Source: an uncultured Lachnospiraceae bacterium (GTDB lineage Bacteria; Bacillota; Clostridia; Oscillospirales; CAG-272). Taken from it: a stretch of DNA of 64,000 nt. The position numbers and the translations under genes are program-made. This document shows, piece by piece, positions 28,894-37,994 of the stretch. The DNA lies in the NCBI GenBank assembly GCA_964638675.1, contig CAZXAU010000010.1:8272-72271 (forward strand), read 5' to 3'. The notes beneath the pieces were generated by a model that ran no database searches, was not told the origin of the DNA, and was given only the letters and a program-made list of their open reading frames with translations. The first letter of the stretch is position 1, and every line of letters starts with the position of its first letter.

Positions 28894-31524
28894 ATGACAA
28901 CAAAAAAATTCGTCTACCTGTTTTCGGAGGGAAACGGAAACATGAGAGAGCTGCTCGGAGGCAAAGGTGCAAATCTCGCCGAAATGACAAAGCTCTCACT
29001 TCCCGTTCCGCCCGGATTCACGATCACCACAGATGCATGCAATGATTTTTATGAAAACGGTCAGCAAATACGCAAAGAGATCATTGGCGAGATCTTTGAC
29101 AAACTGCGCACTCTCGAGCAAATTACCGAAAAGAAATTCGGGGATAAACAAAACCCGTTACTCGTATCTGTTCGTTCGGGTGCAAGAGCATCCATGCCCG
29201 GAATGATGGATACAATACTCAATCTCGGAATAAACGATGAGGTCGTGCAGACTCTCATTTCAATAACAGGAAACGATCGCTGGGCATGGGATTGCTATAG
29301 AAGATTCATTCAAATGTACTCAGATGTAGTTATGCAAATGCCGAAAGAAAAGCTTGAGCGACTGATCGATGAAATAAAAAAAGAAAAGAACGCAGAGCTT
29401 GATACAGATCTTAAAGCCGAAGATCTGAAGGAGCTTACTGTCCGGTTTAAAGAGCACTATAAAAAAGAGATCGGCGAAGAATTCCCAGCAGATCCAAAGG
29501 ATCAGCTTATTGGTGCCGTAAAGGCGGTATTCCGTTCATGGAACAATGACAGAGCGATATATTACAGAAGAATGAATGACATACCGGCTTCATGGGGTAC
29601 AGCGGTCAACATTCAGTCAATGGTATTCGGAAATTCGGGTGACACATCAGGAACAGGTGTTGCATTCACGAGAGATCCGTCAAGCGGCGAAAAGAAACTT
29701 GTGGGAGAATATCTTATAAATGCACAGGGAGAGGATGTTGTTGCAGGCATAAGAACACCTGAACCGATTTCAAAACTCAGGTCTGAAATGCCTGAGATAT
29801 ATGCACAATTTGAGAAAATTTGCGAAATTCTTGAGGAGCATTATAAAGATATGCAGGATATGGAATTCACCATAGAAAAGGGCAAACTCTTTATGTTGCA
29901 AACGAGAAACGGCAAAAGAACGGCAACTGCAGCTTTAAAAATCGCATGCGATCTTATAGACGAAGGCAAGAGAAGCGAAACTCAGGCCCTGCTGATGCTC
30001 GATCCGAAAACACTCGATTCATTGCTTCACGGACAGTTTGACAGCAAAATAATTTCAAAGAAAGAACCGATAGGCGAAGGACTTGCCGCATCTCCGGGTG
30101 CCGCATGCGGAAAGATAGTATTTTCTGCCGCTGATGCAGTAAAAGCCAAAGAATCGGGCATAAATACTATACTTGTCAGACTTGAAACATCTCCTGAAGA
30201 TATAGAAGGCATGCACGCCTCACAGGGAGTTCTAACGGTTCGGGGCGGAATGACATCGCATGCGGCAGTAGTTGCACGTGGAATGGGTAGATGCTGTGTA
30301 TCCGGATGCTCTGAAATCAGCATTAATGAAGAGGAAAAATTTTTCACACTCGGTTCAAAGAAATTCTGCGAATACGATGTAATATCGATAGACGGAAGCA
30401 CAGGCAAAATATATGACGGATCTATTCCCATGAGCGAACCCAAACTCTCGCCCGATTTTGAGAGAATAATGGAGCTTGCAGATAAATACAAATCTCTTAA
30501 AATAAGAACAAACGCTGATACCCCAAACGATGTAATTCAGGCTGTAAAATTTGGAGCACAGGGGGTGGGACTGTGCAGAACAGAGCATATGTTTTTTGAA
30601 AAAGACAGAATAAGCACAATACGAAGAATGATCTGCGCAAGTACAAGTGAGGACAGAAAAGCCGCACTTGAAGAGCTTGAACCAATGCAACAATCAGATT
30701 TTGAAAAAATGTATACAGCACTCGGCGGCAGACCTATGACCGTACGTTTTCTCGATCCCCCGCTCCATGAGTTTCTCCCTAAAGAGGATGATGAGATCAA
30801 TGAGCTTGCCAATACAATGGGCAAGAGCAAAAAAGAGATTTCGGATATAATTGCTTCTTTGCATGAATTCAATCCGATGATGGGGCACAGAGGATGCAGA
30901 TTGCTCGTAACATATCCCGAAATTACAATAATGCAGACAAAAGCTGTCATACGTGCGGCGATCAAGGTAAAAGAAGCCAATCCCAAATATGATATTTTAC
31001 CAGAAATTATGATTCCGCTTATAGGAGATTCAAAAGAATTTGCCTTTATAAAGAAAACCGTAAAGGAAACGGCAGACAGCGAAATAAAAAATGCAAACAG
31101 CAGTATAAAATACAAAATAGGAACAATGATAGAAGTTCCACGTGCCGCACTGTGCGCCGATGAGATAGCAAAAGAAGCAGAATTTTTCTCATTCGGAACA
31201 AACGACCTGACACAGATGACCTTCGGATTTTCAAGAGATGATGCCGGAAAATTCCTAAAATCATATTATGACAATTCACTGTATGAATTTGACCCCTTTG
31301 CAAGGATTGACGAAAGCGGCGTCGGAAAGCTTATCTCGATCGCCGCACAGCTCGGCAGGAAAGCCAATAGTGATCTGAAGATTGGTATATGCGGAGAACA
31401 GGGCGGCGACCCGGCATCGGTAGAATTCTGCCATAAAACAGGACTTGATTATGTTTCGGTATCACCGTTCAGAGTACCGATAGCACGCCTCGCCGCAGCT
31501 CAGGCAGCTATCAAAAACAGTTGA
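28894..31524 (+). CDS. ppdK: Pyruvate, phosphate dikinase
   Basis: Contains GGKGANLAEM, the phosphohistidine region GGMTSHAAVVARG, and the C-terminal PEP-utilising TIM barrel. Length 876 aa. Confidence 0.97.
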   Translation: MTTKKFVYLFSEGNGNMRELLGGKGANLAEMTKLSLPVPPGFTITTDACNDFYENGQQIRKEIIGEIFDKLRTLEQITEKKFGDKQNPLLVSVRSGARASMPGMMDTILNLGINDEVVQTLISITGNDRWAWDCYRRFIQMYSDVVMQMPKEKLERLIDEIKKEKNAELDTDLKAEDLKELTVRFKEHYKKEIGEEFPADPKDQLIGAVKAVFRSWNNDRAIYYRRMNDIPASWGTAVNIQSMVFGNSGDTSGTGVAFTRDPSSGEKKLVGEYLINAQGEDVVAGIRTPEPISKLRSEMPEIYAQFEKICEILEEHYKDMQDMEFTIEKGKLFMLQTRNGKRTATAALKIACDLIDEGKRSETQALLMLDPKTLDSLLHGQFDSKIISKKEPIGEGLAASPGAACGKIVFSAADAVKAKESGINTILVRLETSPEDIEGMHASQGVLTVRGGMTSHAAVVARGMGRCCVSGCSEISINEEEKFFTLGSKKFCEYDVISIDGSTGKIYDGSIPMSEPKLSPDFERIMELADKYKSLKIRTNADTPNDVIQAVKFGAQGVGLCRTEHMFFEKDRISTIRRMICASTSEDRKAALEELEPMQQSDFEKMYTALGGRPMTVRFLDPPLHEFLPKEDDEINELANTMGKSKKEISDIIASLHEFNPMMGHRGCRLLVTYPEITIMQTKAVIRAAIKVKEANPKYDILPEIMIPLIGDSKEFAFIKKTVKETADSEIKNANSSIKYKIGTMIEVPRAALCADEIAKEAEFFSFGTNDLTQMTFGFSRDDAGKFLKSYYDNSLYEFDPFARIDESGVGKLISIAAQLGRKANSDLKIGICGEQGGDPASVEFCHKTGLDYVSVSPFRVPIARLAAAQAAIKNS

Positions 31525-31590
31525 TCTGTATTGTCTTTCTGTTTTTGGTAACCTGAATCAGTAAAACCAAAGACAAAACAAATATAGAAA

Positions 31591-31640
31591 ATGACCTTTC
31601 GGAAAATTTTCAGAAAAAATCCGAAGGGTCATTTGTTATT
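31591..31640 (+). terminator. Terminator after ppdK
   Basis: ATGACCTTTCGG-N18-CCGAAGGGTCAT followed by TTGTTATTT. Confidence 0.7.
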
Positions 31641-31889
31641 TAAATAATTGTAAAATAAAAGATCCCCCCACAACATTCAACAGTGCAATCGCCTGTGTTG
31701 AAATCACATGCATCATTTTAAAAAAATCGAGTTCCACTCTTTCATTGTTCCGCCATAGACTATTCTTGTAAAACCTCTGCAATTGTCTCACCGCAAACCC
31801 AACAGATGATTCCATCAGTGGCTCCGTCTTCGGTGCATGTTGCTTCCCTTCCCGGTATTATCTGCTGAGTATGTAACCTTGAATATACA

Positions 31890-32156
31890 TTAATCATTTC
31901 CATAACACAATTGACCGATTATTCTCGATGCAAATGTTGTCGGCGATACAGCTGTCTTCGTAAATGTCATTTCTGTATCTGTGCTCTCATTTTTTTGAAT
32001 AACCGTATCTTTTCCGATAGACGTTACACTCTTCTTATTTTCATACACCGGATCAGAATTCCGGATTTCATTAAGAGAGTTACTGGCTATCAAACAAATT
32101 ACAATTACAAAAATTGAAAGAGTAATTACAAAATAAGAAGCTGTTTTTCCTTTCAT
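31890..32156 (-). CDS. Small N-terminally anchored hypothetical protein (88 aa)
   Basis: RBS GAGGTGA lies 9 nt upstream. There is one TM helix (YFVITLSIFVIVICLIA). No family recognised. Confidence 0.45.
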   Translation of the reverse strand: MKGKTASYFVITLSIFVIVICLIASNSLNEIRNSDPVYENKKSVTSIGKDTVIQKNESTDTEMTFTKTAVSPTTFASRIIGQLCYGND

Positions 32157-32547
32157 TTACAATTCACCTCAACTTATACTTTAAATTAGCCGGAAACATC
32201 ACCCCGAAGAATAAAACATATTGATTATCAATATGTATAACATCATTTGAGCTGATTTTCGCATGAATTATTATTTTATCGGGAATTATGCTTTACAAGA
32301 CACCTACTGAATATTCAATACATAATCGGTATTATGTTGCTTATATTGCAACGGCAAAAGAAATTCTACAAGACTGACAGAAAAATATACAATTTTTTTA
32401 TTGTGTATCAATTTCGTTTTTTCTGACTTTCAATAGTATATTATAAAGTTGTTCTTTATCGCAAATCTCTCCCTAAATGAGAATAAAAAGGTTGACTGTT
32501 GACTATTATATAAATTGGAGAAAGATGCATTACGGGGGTAATTGCGT

Positions 32548-33606
32548 ATGAACAATACGAGAAAGAAAAACTTTCTGATAAATTTTGCATACTGTTTTTC
32601 TATCGTATTACTCATATATTTCATCGTTAAATTCATTTTTCCGCTTTTTTCACCTTTCATCATCGGTCTTGCCCTATCTCTGATTTTTTATCCTCTCACA
32701 ATGAAGCTTTTTACGCTGAAATGCGGCAGAACCACAGCTGCACTTATCATTACATCGGCAATATTTATAGGTGCAGGAAGTGCCGTTTTCTTTATTGCAA
32801 AAGGAATTTTTACTGAGCTTTATGAATTTGCCGAAAAAATTATTGATGATCCAAATATAATTTTATCGCCTATCGTCTCGTTTATTGACGGCATCAATTC
32901 AAAGCATCCGGCTTTTTCGCAAATAATTGATATTTCGTCAGTTTATTCCTTTCTGTCCGACAGACTCAAGCTTATAGCAGGAAGCGTACTTGAATCGGGT
33001 GCAAATATTGCTATATCGATTCCTGATTATATATTTTTCCTCTTTACATTGATTTCGTCAACATTTTATCTCGTAAAATATTCGGGCGGCTATTCGGCAT
33101 TTCTTTGCGAAATACTTTCAAAAGATAAGATGAAAATGCTCCGACAAATGAAAAAGCACTTTTCGGATTATTCAAAAAACTATCTCATTTTAACATTGCT
33201 TCTGCTTGGTACGACATTCATTCAGCTTCTTATCGGTTTTCTTATTCTTGGAATAAATTATGCAATTGTGCTTTCCCTTATCATAGCACTGATCGATATG
33301 CTGCCCGTTTTCGGAGTCGGGACCGTTCTTATACCATGGTGCCTTATTGAGGCGTTGGGCGGAAATACAACGAGATGCATCGGACTTTTGATCATTTATC
33401 TCATTGTAACAATTTTCAGATCTGTAGTCGAACACAAAATGCTCAGCAAACGCTTTGATATGCCGCCTCTCCTTACGCTCATTTCTATCTTCTGCGGATA
33501 TAAACTGCTCGGATTTTTGGGACTCATCATATCTCCATTTATCTCGTCACTTCTCTTTGTTCTGCTTAAGCAAAAAATCGAGAATGAATCAAATTCCGAA
33601 TCTTAA
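32548..33606 (+). CDS. AI-2E family transporter / sporulation integral membrane protein YtvI-like
   Basis: Polytopic protein with the conserved late segment LIDMLPVFGVGTVLIPW typical of PerM/YtvI. The start ATG 32548 follows GGGGG. Confidence 0.8.
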   Translation: MNNTRKKNFLINFAYCFSIVLLIYFIVKFIFPLFSPFIIGLALSLIFYPLTMKLFTLKCGRTTAALIITSAIFIGAGSAVFFIAKGIFTELYEFAEKIIDDPNIILSPIVSFIDGINSKHPAFSQIIDISSVYSFLSDRLKLIAGSVLESGANIAISIPDYIFFLFTLISSTFYLVKYSGGYSAFLCEILSKDKMKMLRQMKKHFSDYSKNYLILTLLLLGTTFIQLLIGFLILGINYAIVLSLIIALIDMLPVFGVGTVLIPWCLIEALGGNTTRCIGLLIIYLIVTIFRSVVEHKMLSKRFDMPPLLTLISIFCGYKLLGFLGLIISPFISSLLFVLLKQKIENESNSES

Positions 33607-33628
33607 TCCAAACAAAAAATAAACCAAA

Positions 33629-33668
33629 ACAGCCCGAAAACATTATTTGCAATCGGACTGTTTTATAT
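33629..33668. terminator. Shared terminator between the convergent ytvI-like and ClpC-like genes
   Basis: ACAGCCCGA-N15-TCGGACTGT (one mismatch) has T-rich tracts on both strands. Confidence 0.6.
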
Positions 33669-35786
33669 TTATTTATTCTCGCTGTATTCCTTTTTTCTAA
33701 TCTCATCAAGTGCTCTGTCAGTGCTTGTAATTAAAGAAGCCGCTTTATCAAGTCCCTCAAAGTCGATCGATTCAATGATTTTTTCTTTTGTCGCTTCATC
33801 TAAGTTGATCTTCTTTTTATCGGCGATCCTCGCTATTTCACGCTCTGCAATTTTTATTTTTGCTTCATCCGACAGCGGTATGAATTCAATCAGGCTCTGG
33901 ACTGATGAATATATCGCGTTAGGTACTTTATCCCTGATTTTTTCGTTTGCTCTGTTTCCCGTGAACTCATCGTACCCGAAAAAACCAATCGTTTTTTTAT
34001 TCTTGTCTTCAATATCTATTGTAAAAATAACAGCCGCATTCCCGAAATCCACTCTTTTTCCGCTCGAATCATTCAAGAAGCCGTTGCTCAGCATTGATGA
34101 TATAAGTCCGCACACGTCGCCGTGTGCCATACTTATATTTTTTATCAGAATTAGTGTTTTGGGAACAGACTTCAGCTTTTTTGTCAGTATTCCGCCTTCG
34201 TTGTGTCCTATATATCCCGGCGCACTTCCTATCAGCTTTGATATCGAGCTGCTTTCCGTATATTCAGACATATCAAGAATAAGCATTGAATTTGCATACA
34301 TAACCCGTGACAAGATTTCTGCAAGATAACTTTTTCCGCTTCCGGAGGGACCGAAAAAAATAAGGCTTTTCGGAGCGTTTTCAGCGCTGCTATCGTCTGT
34401 CAGGATTTCTATTGTCTTGGATACTGCTTCATCCTGACCGAAAATATCCTTTTTAATTTCAAATTCTTCTCTTTCTCTTCTGCTCTCATCGCTCTCAAGC
34501 ATGATTCCGGTCATCAGGAAAAGTGTTTGTCTGATATCGCTTTCATCTATACTGCTCTTACCCTTGATTACCGCACCAGATGATGCTTCGTCAAGCAAAT
34601 CGATAGCCTTATCAGGCAGAAATCTCCCGTTTATATATCTTGAAGAGAGCAATGCTGCACTTTTTATTGCATCGTCGCCTATTGTTATCCGGTGGTACTC
34701 TTCATATTTTTTTCTGAGTCCCTCAAGTATCGTTACCGTTTCGCTCTCACTCGGCTCTCTTATATCCACCTTCTGAAATCTTCGCTCAAGTGCCGCATCC
34801 TTTTCTATATGCTTCATATACTCATCGTATGTCGTAGCACCTATAAGACGGATCTTTCCCCTTGCCAGCATGGGTTTGATAATGTTTGCGGCATCCATTG
34901 CCCCCTCAGCACTGCCGGCTCCGATAATCGTATGAATTTCGTCTATAAAAAGTATGATATCGCTGTCTTTCTCTGCTTCCTCAAGTGCTTTTTTCAAACG
35001 TTCCTCAAACTCACCGCGATATTTCGCCCCTGCGATCATCAGTGACAGATCCAACGCATATATTCGTTTATTACTCAGATTCTCGGGAACATTCCCGTTT
35101 TTGATCTCTAGTGCAAGCCCTTCTGCAATAGCTGTTTTTCCGACTCCCGGTTCTCCTACGAGACATGGATTGTTTTTTATTCTCCTGCACAGTATCCTTA
35201 CGACCCTCTCTATTTCCCTTTCTCTGCCGATTACCGGGTCTATTGATCCGTTCCCGGCAAGCAGTGAAAGATCTCTTCCGTATTTTGCAAGTATATCCGC
35301 TCTTTTTGTCTGTTTCTCATTTATTTTATCGTTTTTATCAAAATATGATATATCGCCGGAAAACAGTGATATCTTCAGATTTGATACACTGCATTCCGAT
35401 TTTTCGATGATTTTTGCCGCCACGCAGTTTTCGCAATTCAGCAGAGAATATGCAAGGTGCTCACTCCCGATCTTTTTGTGCCCCATCTGTCGCGATATAA
35501 CCGATGCATTTTTAATTATCTCTTTAAGCTTCATCGAAATCTCGGTCGGATATGCAATGATCACATTCTCCCTTTTTTCAAATTTTTCGACGATCTCTTT
35601 AACCGTCCTATAAGATATACCCGACCTTTCAAACACCTTTTTAGTATGAGTTCCATCTGTTTTAAGAAGTCCCAGGAGCAAATGCTCGCTTCCTATATAT
35701 GACGATTGACACTCGTCTGCCTCTGTTTGTGCCTCCATCAGCACCTGTTTTGCTTTGTCAGTAAGGTTTTCGACCGATTTATCCAT
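33669..35786 (-). CDS. ClpC/ClpB-like AAA+ ATPase paralog (705 aa) lacking the M-domain, with a degenerate D2 Walker B
   Basis: Two Clp_N repeats. D1 is intact (GEPGVGKTAIAEGLA, ILFIDEIHT). D2 has Walker A GPSGSGKS, but the position of LLDEIEKAH reads LIKNISMAH. An IGF-like loop (KKTIGFFG) is retained. Confidence 0.85.
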   Translation of the reverse strand: MDKSVENLTDKAKQVLMEAQTEADECQSSYIGSEHLLLGLLKTDGTHTKKVFERSGISYRTVKEIVEKFEKRENVIIAYPTEISMKLKEIIKNASVISRQMGHKKIGSEHLAYSLLNCENCVAAKIIEKSECSVSNLKISLFSGDISYFDKNDKINEKQTKRADILAKYGRDLSLLAGNGSIDPVIGREREIERVVRILCRRIKNNPCLVGEPGVGKTAIAEGLALEIKNGNVPENLSNKRIYALDLSLMIAGAKYRGEFEERLKKALEEAEKDSDIILFIDEIHTIIGAGSAEGAMDAANIIKPMLARGKIRLIGATTYDEYMKHIEKDAALERRFQKVDIREPSESETVTILEGLRKKYEEYHRITIGDDAIKSAALLSSRYINGRFLPDKAIDLLDEASSGAVIKGKSSIDESDIRQTLFLMTGIMLESDESRREREEFEIKKDIFGQDEAVSKTIEILTDDSSAENAPKSLIFFGPSGSGKSYLAEILSRVMYANSMLILDMSEYTESSSISKLIGSAPGYIGHNEGGILTKKLKSVPKTLILIKNISMAHGDVCGLISSMLSNGFLNDSSGKRVDFGNAAVIFTIDIEDKNKKTIGFFGYDEFTGNRANEKIRDKVPNAIYSSVQSLIEFIPLSDEAKIKIAEREIARIADKKKINLDEATKEKIIESIDFEGLDKAASLITSTDRALDEIRKKEYSENK

Positions 35787-35945
35787 ATCTTTAACTATGG
35801 CTTTCGCATTGCGAAAGCTTCCTTTCTTGCGGAATTGGGGTTGGTTTTGCGGAGCAAGATCGAGCCGATTCTACTCAAATCGGCTCGTTTCAGTGGCGAA
35901 AGCCACAAAACTCTGTTTGAAAGATTTATCTTTCAAACTTATCCA
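35787..35945 (-). promoter_or_regulatory. Conserved structured 5' leader element, copy 1 of 3 (unclassified)
   Basis: Shares the 24-nt palindrome (35915-35938) and both flanking blocks with the copies at 46829-46971 and 49067-49208. It ends at ATG 35786. Confidence 0.6.
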
Positions 35946-35985
35946 CTTGCCTTATTATTCTCGTATAATTATCTCTTGTGATATT

Positions 35986-36013
35986 ATTATAATAATTTGC
36001 ATGAATAAATCAA
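35986..36013 (-). promoter_or_regulatory. Possible sigma-A promoter for the ClpC-paralog leader
   Basis: On the minus strand, TTGATT-16 nt-TATAAT. The -35 overlaps the T-tail of the upstream terminator. Confidence 0.4.
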
Positions 36014-36052
36014 AAACCGGAGAACTTTCTTTGAATTCTCCGGTTTTTTTTT
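36011..36052 (-). terminator. Rho-independent terminator after the SleC-like cluster
   Basis: CCGGAGAA-N11-TTCTCCGG has A/T runs on both sides and abuts the stop codon at 36051. Confidence 0.8.
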
Positions 36053-36587
36053 ACTGTTTATTGACCTGACCGTTATATATTCTTGCAAGTGCATTCCATG
36101 TTATCTTATCAACATCACCCGTTACAGGCAGGCCGCTCGCCTCCTGAAATCTTATAACATTTCGTTTAGTTACATCATCGTATTCGCCTGTTATGTCCTG
36201 ATCTTCAAAATCGAATACAATAGACAGTGTTTCAAGTATTGCCTGCAAAATATAAACAATATTGCTCTTGTCTCCGGGGGATATCGTATCCAGAAGTTTA
36301 TTCTCTTCAAAGGGATTGATTCCCTCACTCATTCCCGATTTTTCAGTAGCGATCAGATATTCTTCATACAGTATCTCCCATGTCACAAGGTCAACAACGC
36401 CCGTCACAGGTATTCCTGTATCTCTCTGAAATGTTCTGACGGCATCTCTTGTTCTATTTCCGTATACTCCGTCAATAATCAGATTCGGTATATCTATCGT
36501 TCCGAAATTTGAAAGCACACGCAGATAGCGTTGTACTTCTTTTATACTCAGGCTTTCATCTCTCTTATCAATGCTTCCGAATGTCAT
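36051..36587 (-). CDS. Protein with two PG_binding_1 (peptidoglycan-binding) domains
   Basis: Two repeats of the type DG.(Y/F)G..T..AV..FQ...G(I/L)PVTG.VD..TW. Its ATG overlaps the upstream stop (ATGA). Confidence 0.75.
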   Translation of the reverse strand: MTFGSIDKRDESLSIKEVQRYLRVLSNFGTIDIPNLIIDGVYGNRTRDAVRTFQRDTGIPVTGVVDLVTWEILYEEYLIATEKSGMSEGINPFEENKLLDTISPGDKSNIVYILQAILETLSIVFDFEDQDITGEYDDVTKRNVIRFQEASGLPVTGDVDKITWNALARIYNGQVNKQ

Positions 36588-37993
36588 TGCTCTCCCCCCA
36601 AATCATATCCCGGATACTGTCCTTCACTTCTCAGATTTCCGCTTACTACATCATCGTATGCATCGGCTATTGCCGCCCACGTAAGTGCTGAAACAACTCC
36701 GTCGACCGTAAGGTCAAACAGACTTTGTATAGCGTATATATTATCGAGCGTTTCCTGACCGAATATTCCGTCCTCCTCGATCGTTGCAATTTCATCAAAA
36801 TTCTCTGCAAGCACGTTTATATAGCTTTGCAACAGCTTGACATCATCTCCCCTTGATCCGAGTGAAAGAACTGTTCCCGGAAATGGCCTTGCAATTCCGT
36901 CAAACGCCGAATCGGGCATTGTATTGATTATTCCGAGATACTGATCGTACAGTGCCACTCCGGTTTCATCATCTACAATTCCGGTTTGTTCTATGCCCTT
37001 AGTCTCCTGAAAAGCTTTAACTGCATTTTCTGTAGCCTCATCAAATACTCCCGTGATCTCTATATCTGTAAGTCTTGAATCAAACGCCGATACAAAATTC
37101 AGATAGTACTGCAAAACGCTGATATACAGTCCCCGATCTCCCGGCTTCAATACCTCAGGGAATTCAAGCAGTACGTCCTCTATCGTCAGTCCCTCGGATA
37201 TCAGCTCGTTCAGCTTCTTTACGGCATTATAGACCGACAACACCTTATACCATGTCGCTCTTCCGACTATTCCGTCAACCTCAAGTGAAAAAATTCTCTG
37301 AAAAGCCTTGACTGCATCCTCTGTATCATTCGCAAATATTCCGTTTGTCAATTTTATCTTAGGAATCGACGGATAATTCGTCGATACTCTGTTGAGCCTC
37401 AGCTGTAAAAGCCGAACGTCATTTCCCACGCTTCCGACTCGCAAAGGTCTCTGCGGTACGCTCTCTCCTCCCGATACTATTGGTACATCCTCCACGATCT
37501 CTATATCATCTCCGTAATAATACTGCAATATTTCAAAGGCTGAAAGCCCGTTCTGTGCTAACGAAAGAGATCCCCACTGCGACAGCCCGTCACAGGTCGT
37601 GTTTATCCCGTCACAGTAGCTCGCATAAAGCGGTTCTATATACCCCTTCCGTCTTATATATGAATCAAATACCTCGTTGACAAGCAAAGATATGTTTTCA
37701 AATACTACCCCTCCCGGTGTATATCTCTGGTCATATGCAGGAAGTGATGTTATATCAAAATCATATCCTCTAGCTCTGTAATACTCGGTATATACTCTGT
37801 TTAATGCAAAGCTTATCTGTGCCAATATATTGGCTATTATCGCACTTGAAAGCCATGTGGGGTAAATTTCGCTCGATGCAACATTCGATATGTAATCGAT
37901 AAAATCGACTGTGACATTCTGTGCCGGTTCATTGGGTGCACCGAGATGCACAACTATTTGCCCAGGTATTGTCGGCAATAAAAGTTCATTCAA
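36584..37993 (-). CDS. SleC-like spore cortex-lytic enzyme catalytic region plus four PG_binding_1 domains
   Basis: NVASSEIYPTWLSSAIIANILAQISFALNRVYTEYYRARGYDFDITSLPAYD...ASYCDG closely resembles the C. difficile / C. perfringens SleC core as I remember it. The TTG start at 37993 lies 8 nt after a perfect SD, GGAGGTGA. Confidence 0.7.
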   Translation of the reverse strand: MNELLLPTIPGQIVVHLGAPNEPAQNVTVDFIDYISNVASSEIYPTWLSSAIIANILAQISFALNRVYTEYYRARGYDFDITSLPAYDQRYTPGGVVFENISLLVNEVFDSYIRRKGYIEPLYASYCDGINTTCDGLSQWGSLSLAQNGLSAFEILQYYYGDDIEIVEDVPIVSGGESVPQRPLRVGSVGNDVRLLQLRLNRVSTNYPSIPKIKLTNGIFANDTEDAVKAFQRIFSLEVDGIVGRATWYKVLSVYNAVKKLNELISEGLTIEDVLLEFPEVLKPGDRGLYISVLQYYLNFVSAFDSRLTDIEITGVFDEATENAVKAFQETKGIEQTGIVDDETGVALYDQYLGIINTMPDSAFDGIARPFPGTVLSLGSRGDDVKLLQSYINVLAENFDEIATIEEDGIFGQETLDNIYAIQSLFDLTVDGVVSALTWAAIADAYDDVVSGNLRSEGQYPGYDLGGEQ

Positions 37994-37994
37994 A

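Noticed and set aside
31636-31815. Unlisted 59-codon minus-strand ORF (MESSVGFAVRQLQRFYKNSLWRNNERVELDFFKMMHVISTQAIALLNVVGGSFILQLFK) with GGAG 6 nt upstream.
   Set aside because: No recognisable family. Its 3' end runs into the ppdK terminator, and its composition is unremarkable. I could not distinguish it from a chance ORF without conservation data.
35755-36069. Plus-strand ORFs over the leader copies (35755-36069, 49017-49526) sharing AFALRKLPF(F/L)RNWG. Also the N-terminal extensions of the track ORFs 47897-49165 and 45320-46840, which give the in-frame peptide PQFRKKGSFRKAKA.
   Set aside because: The amino-acid similarity follows from nucleotide identity of the non-coding element. The variable centres differ in length by amounts that are not multiples of 3 and introduce stops, so no reading frame is preserved across all three copies. 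The plus-strand ORFs are antisense to gene starts and lack an RBS.
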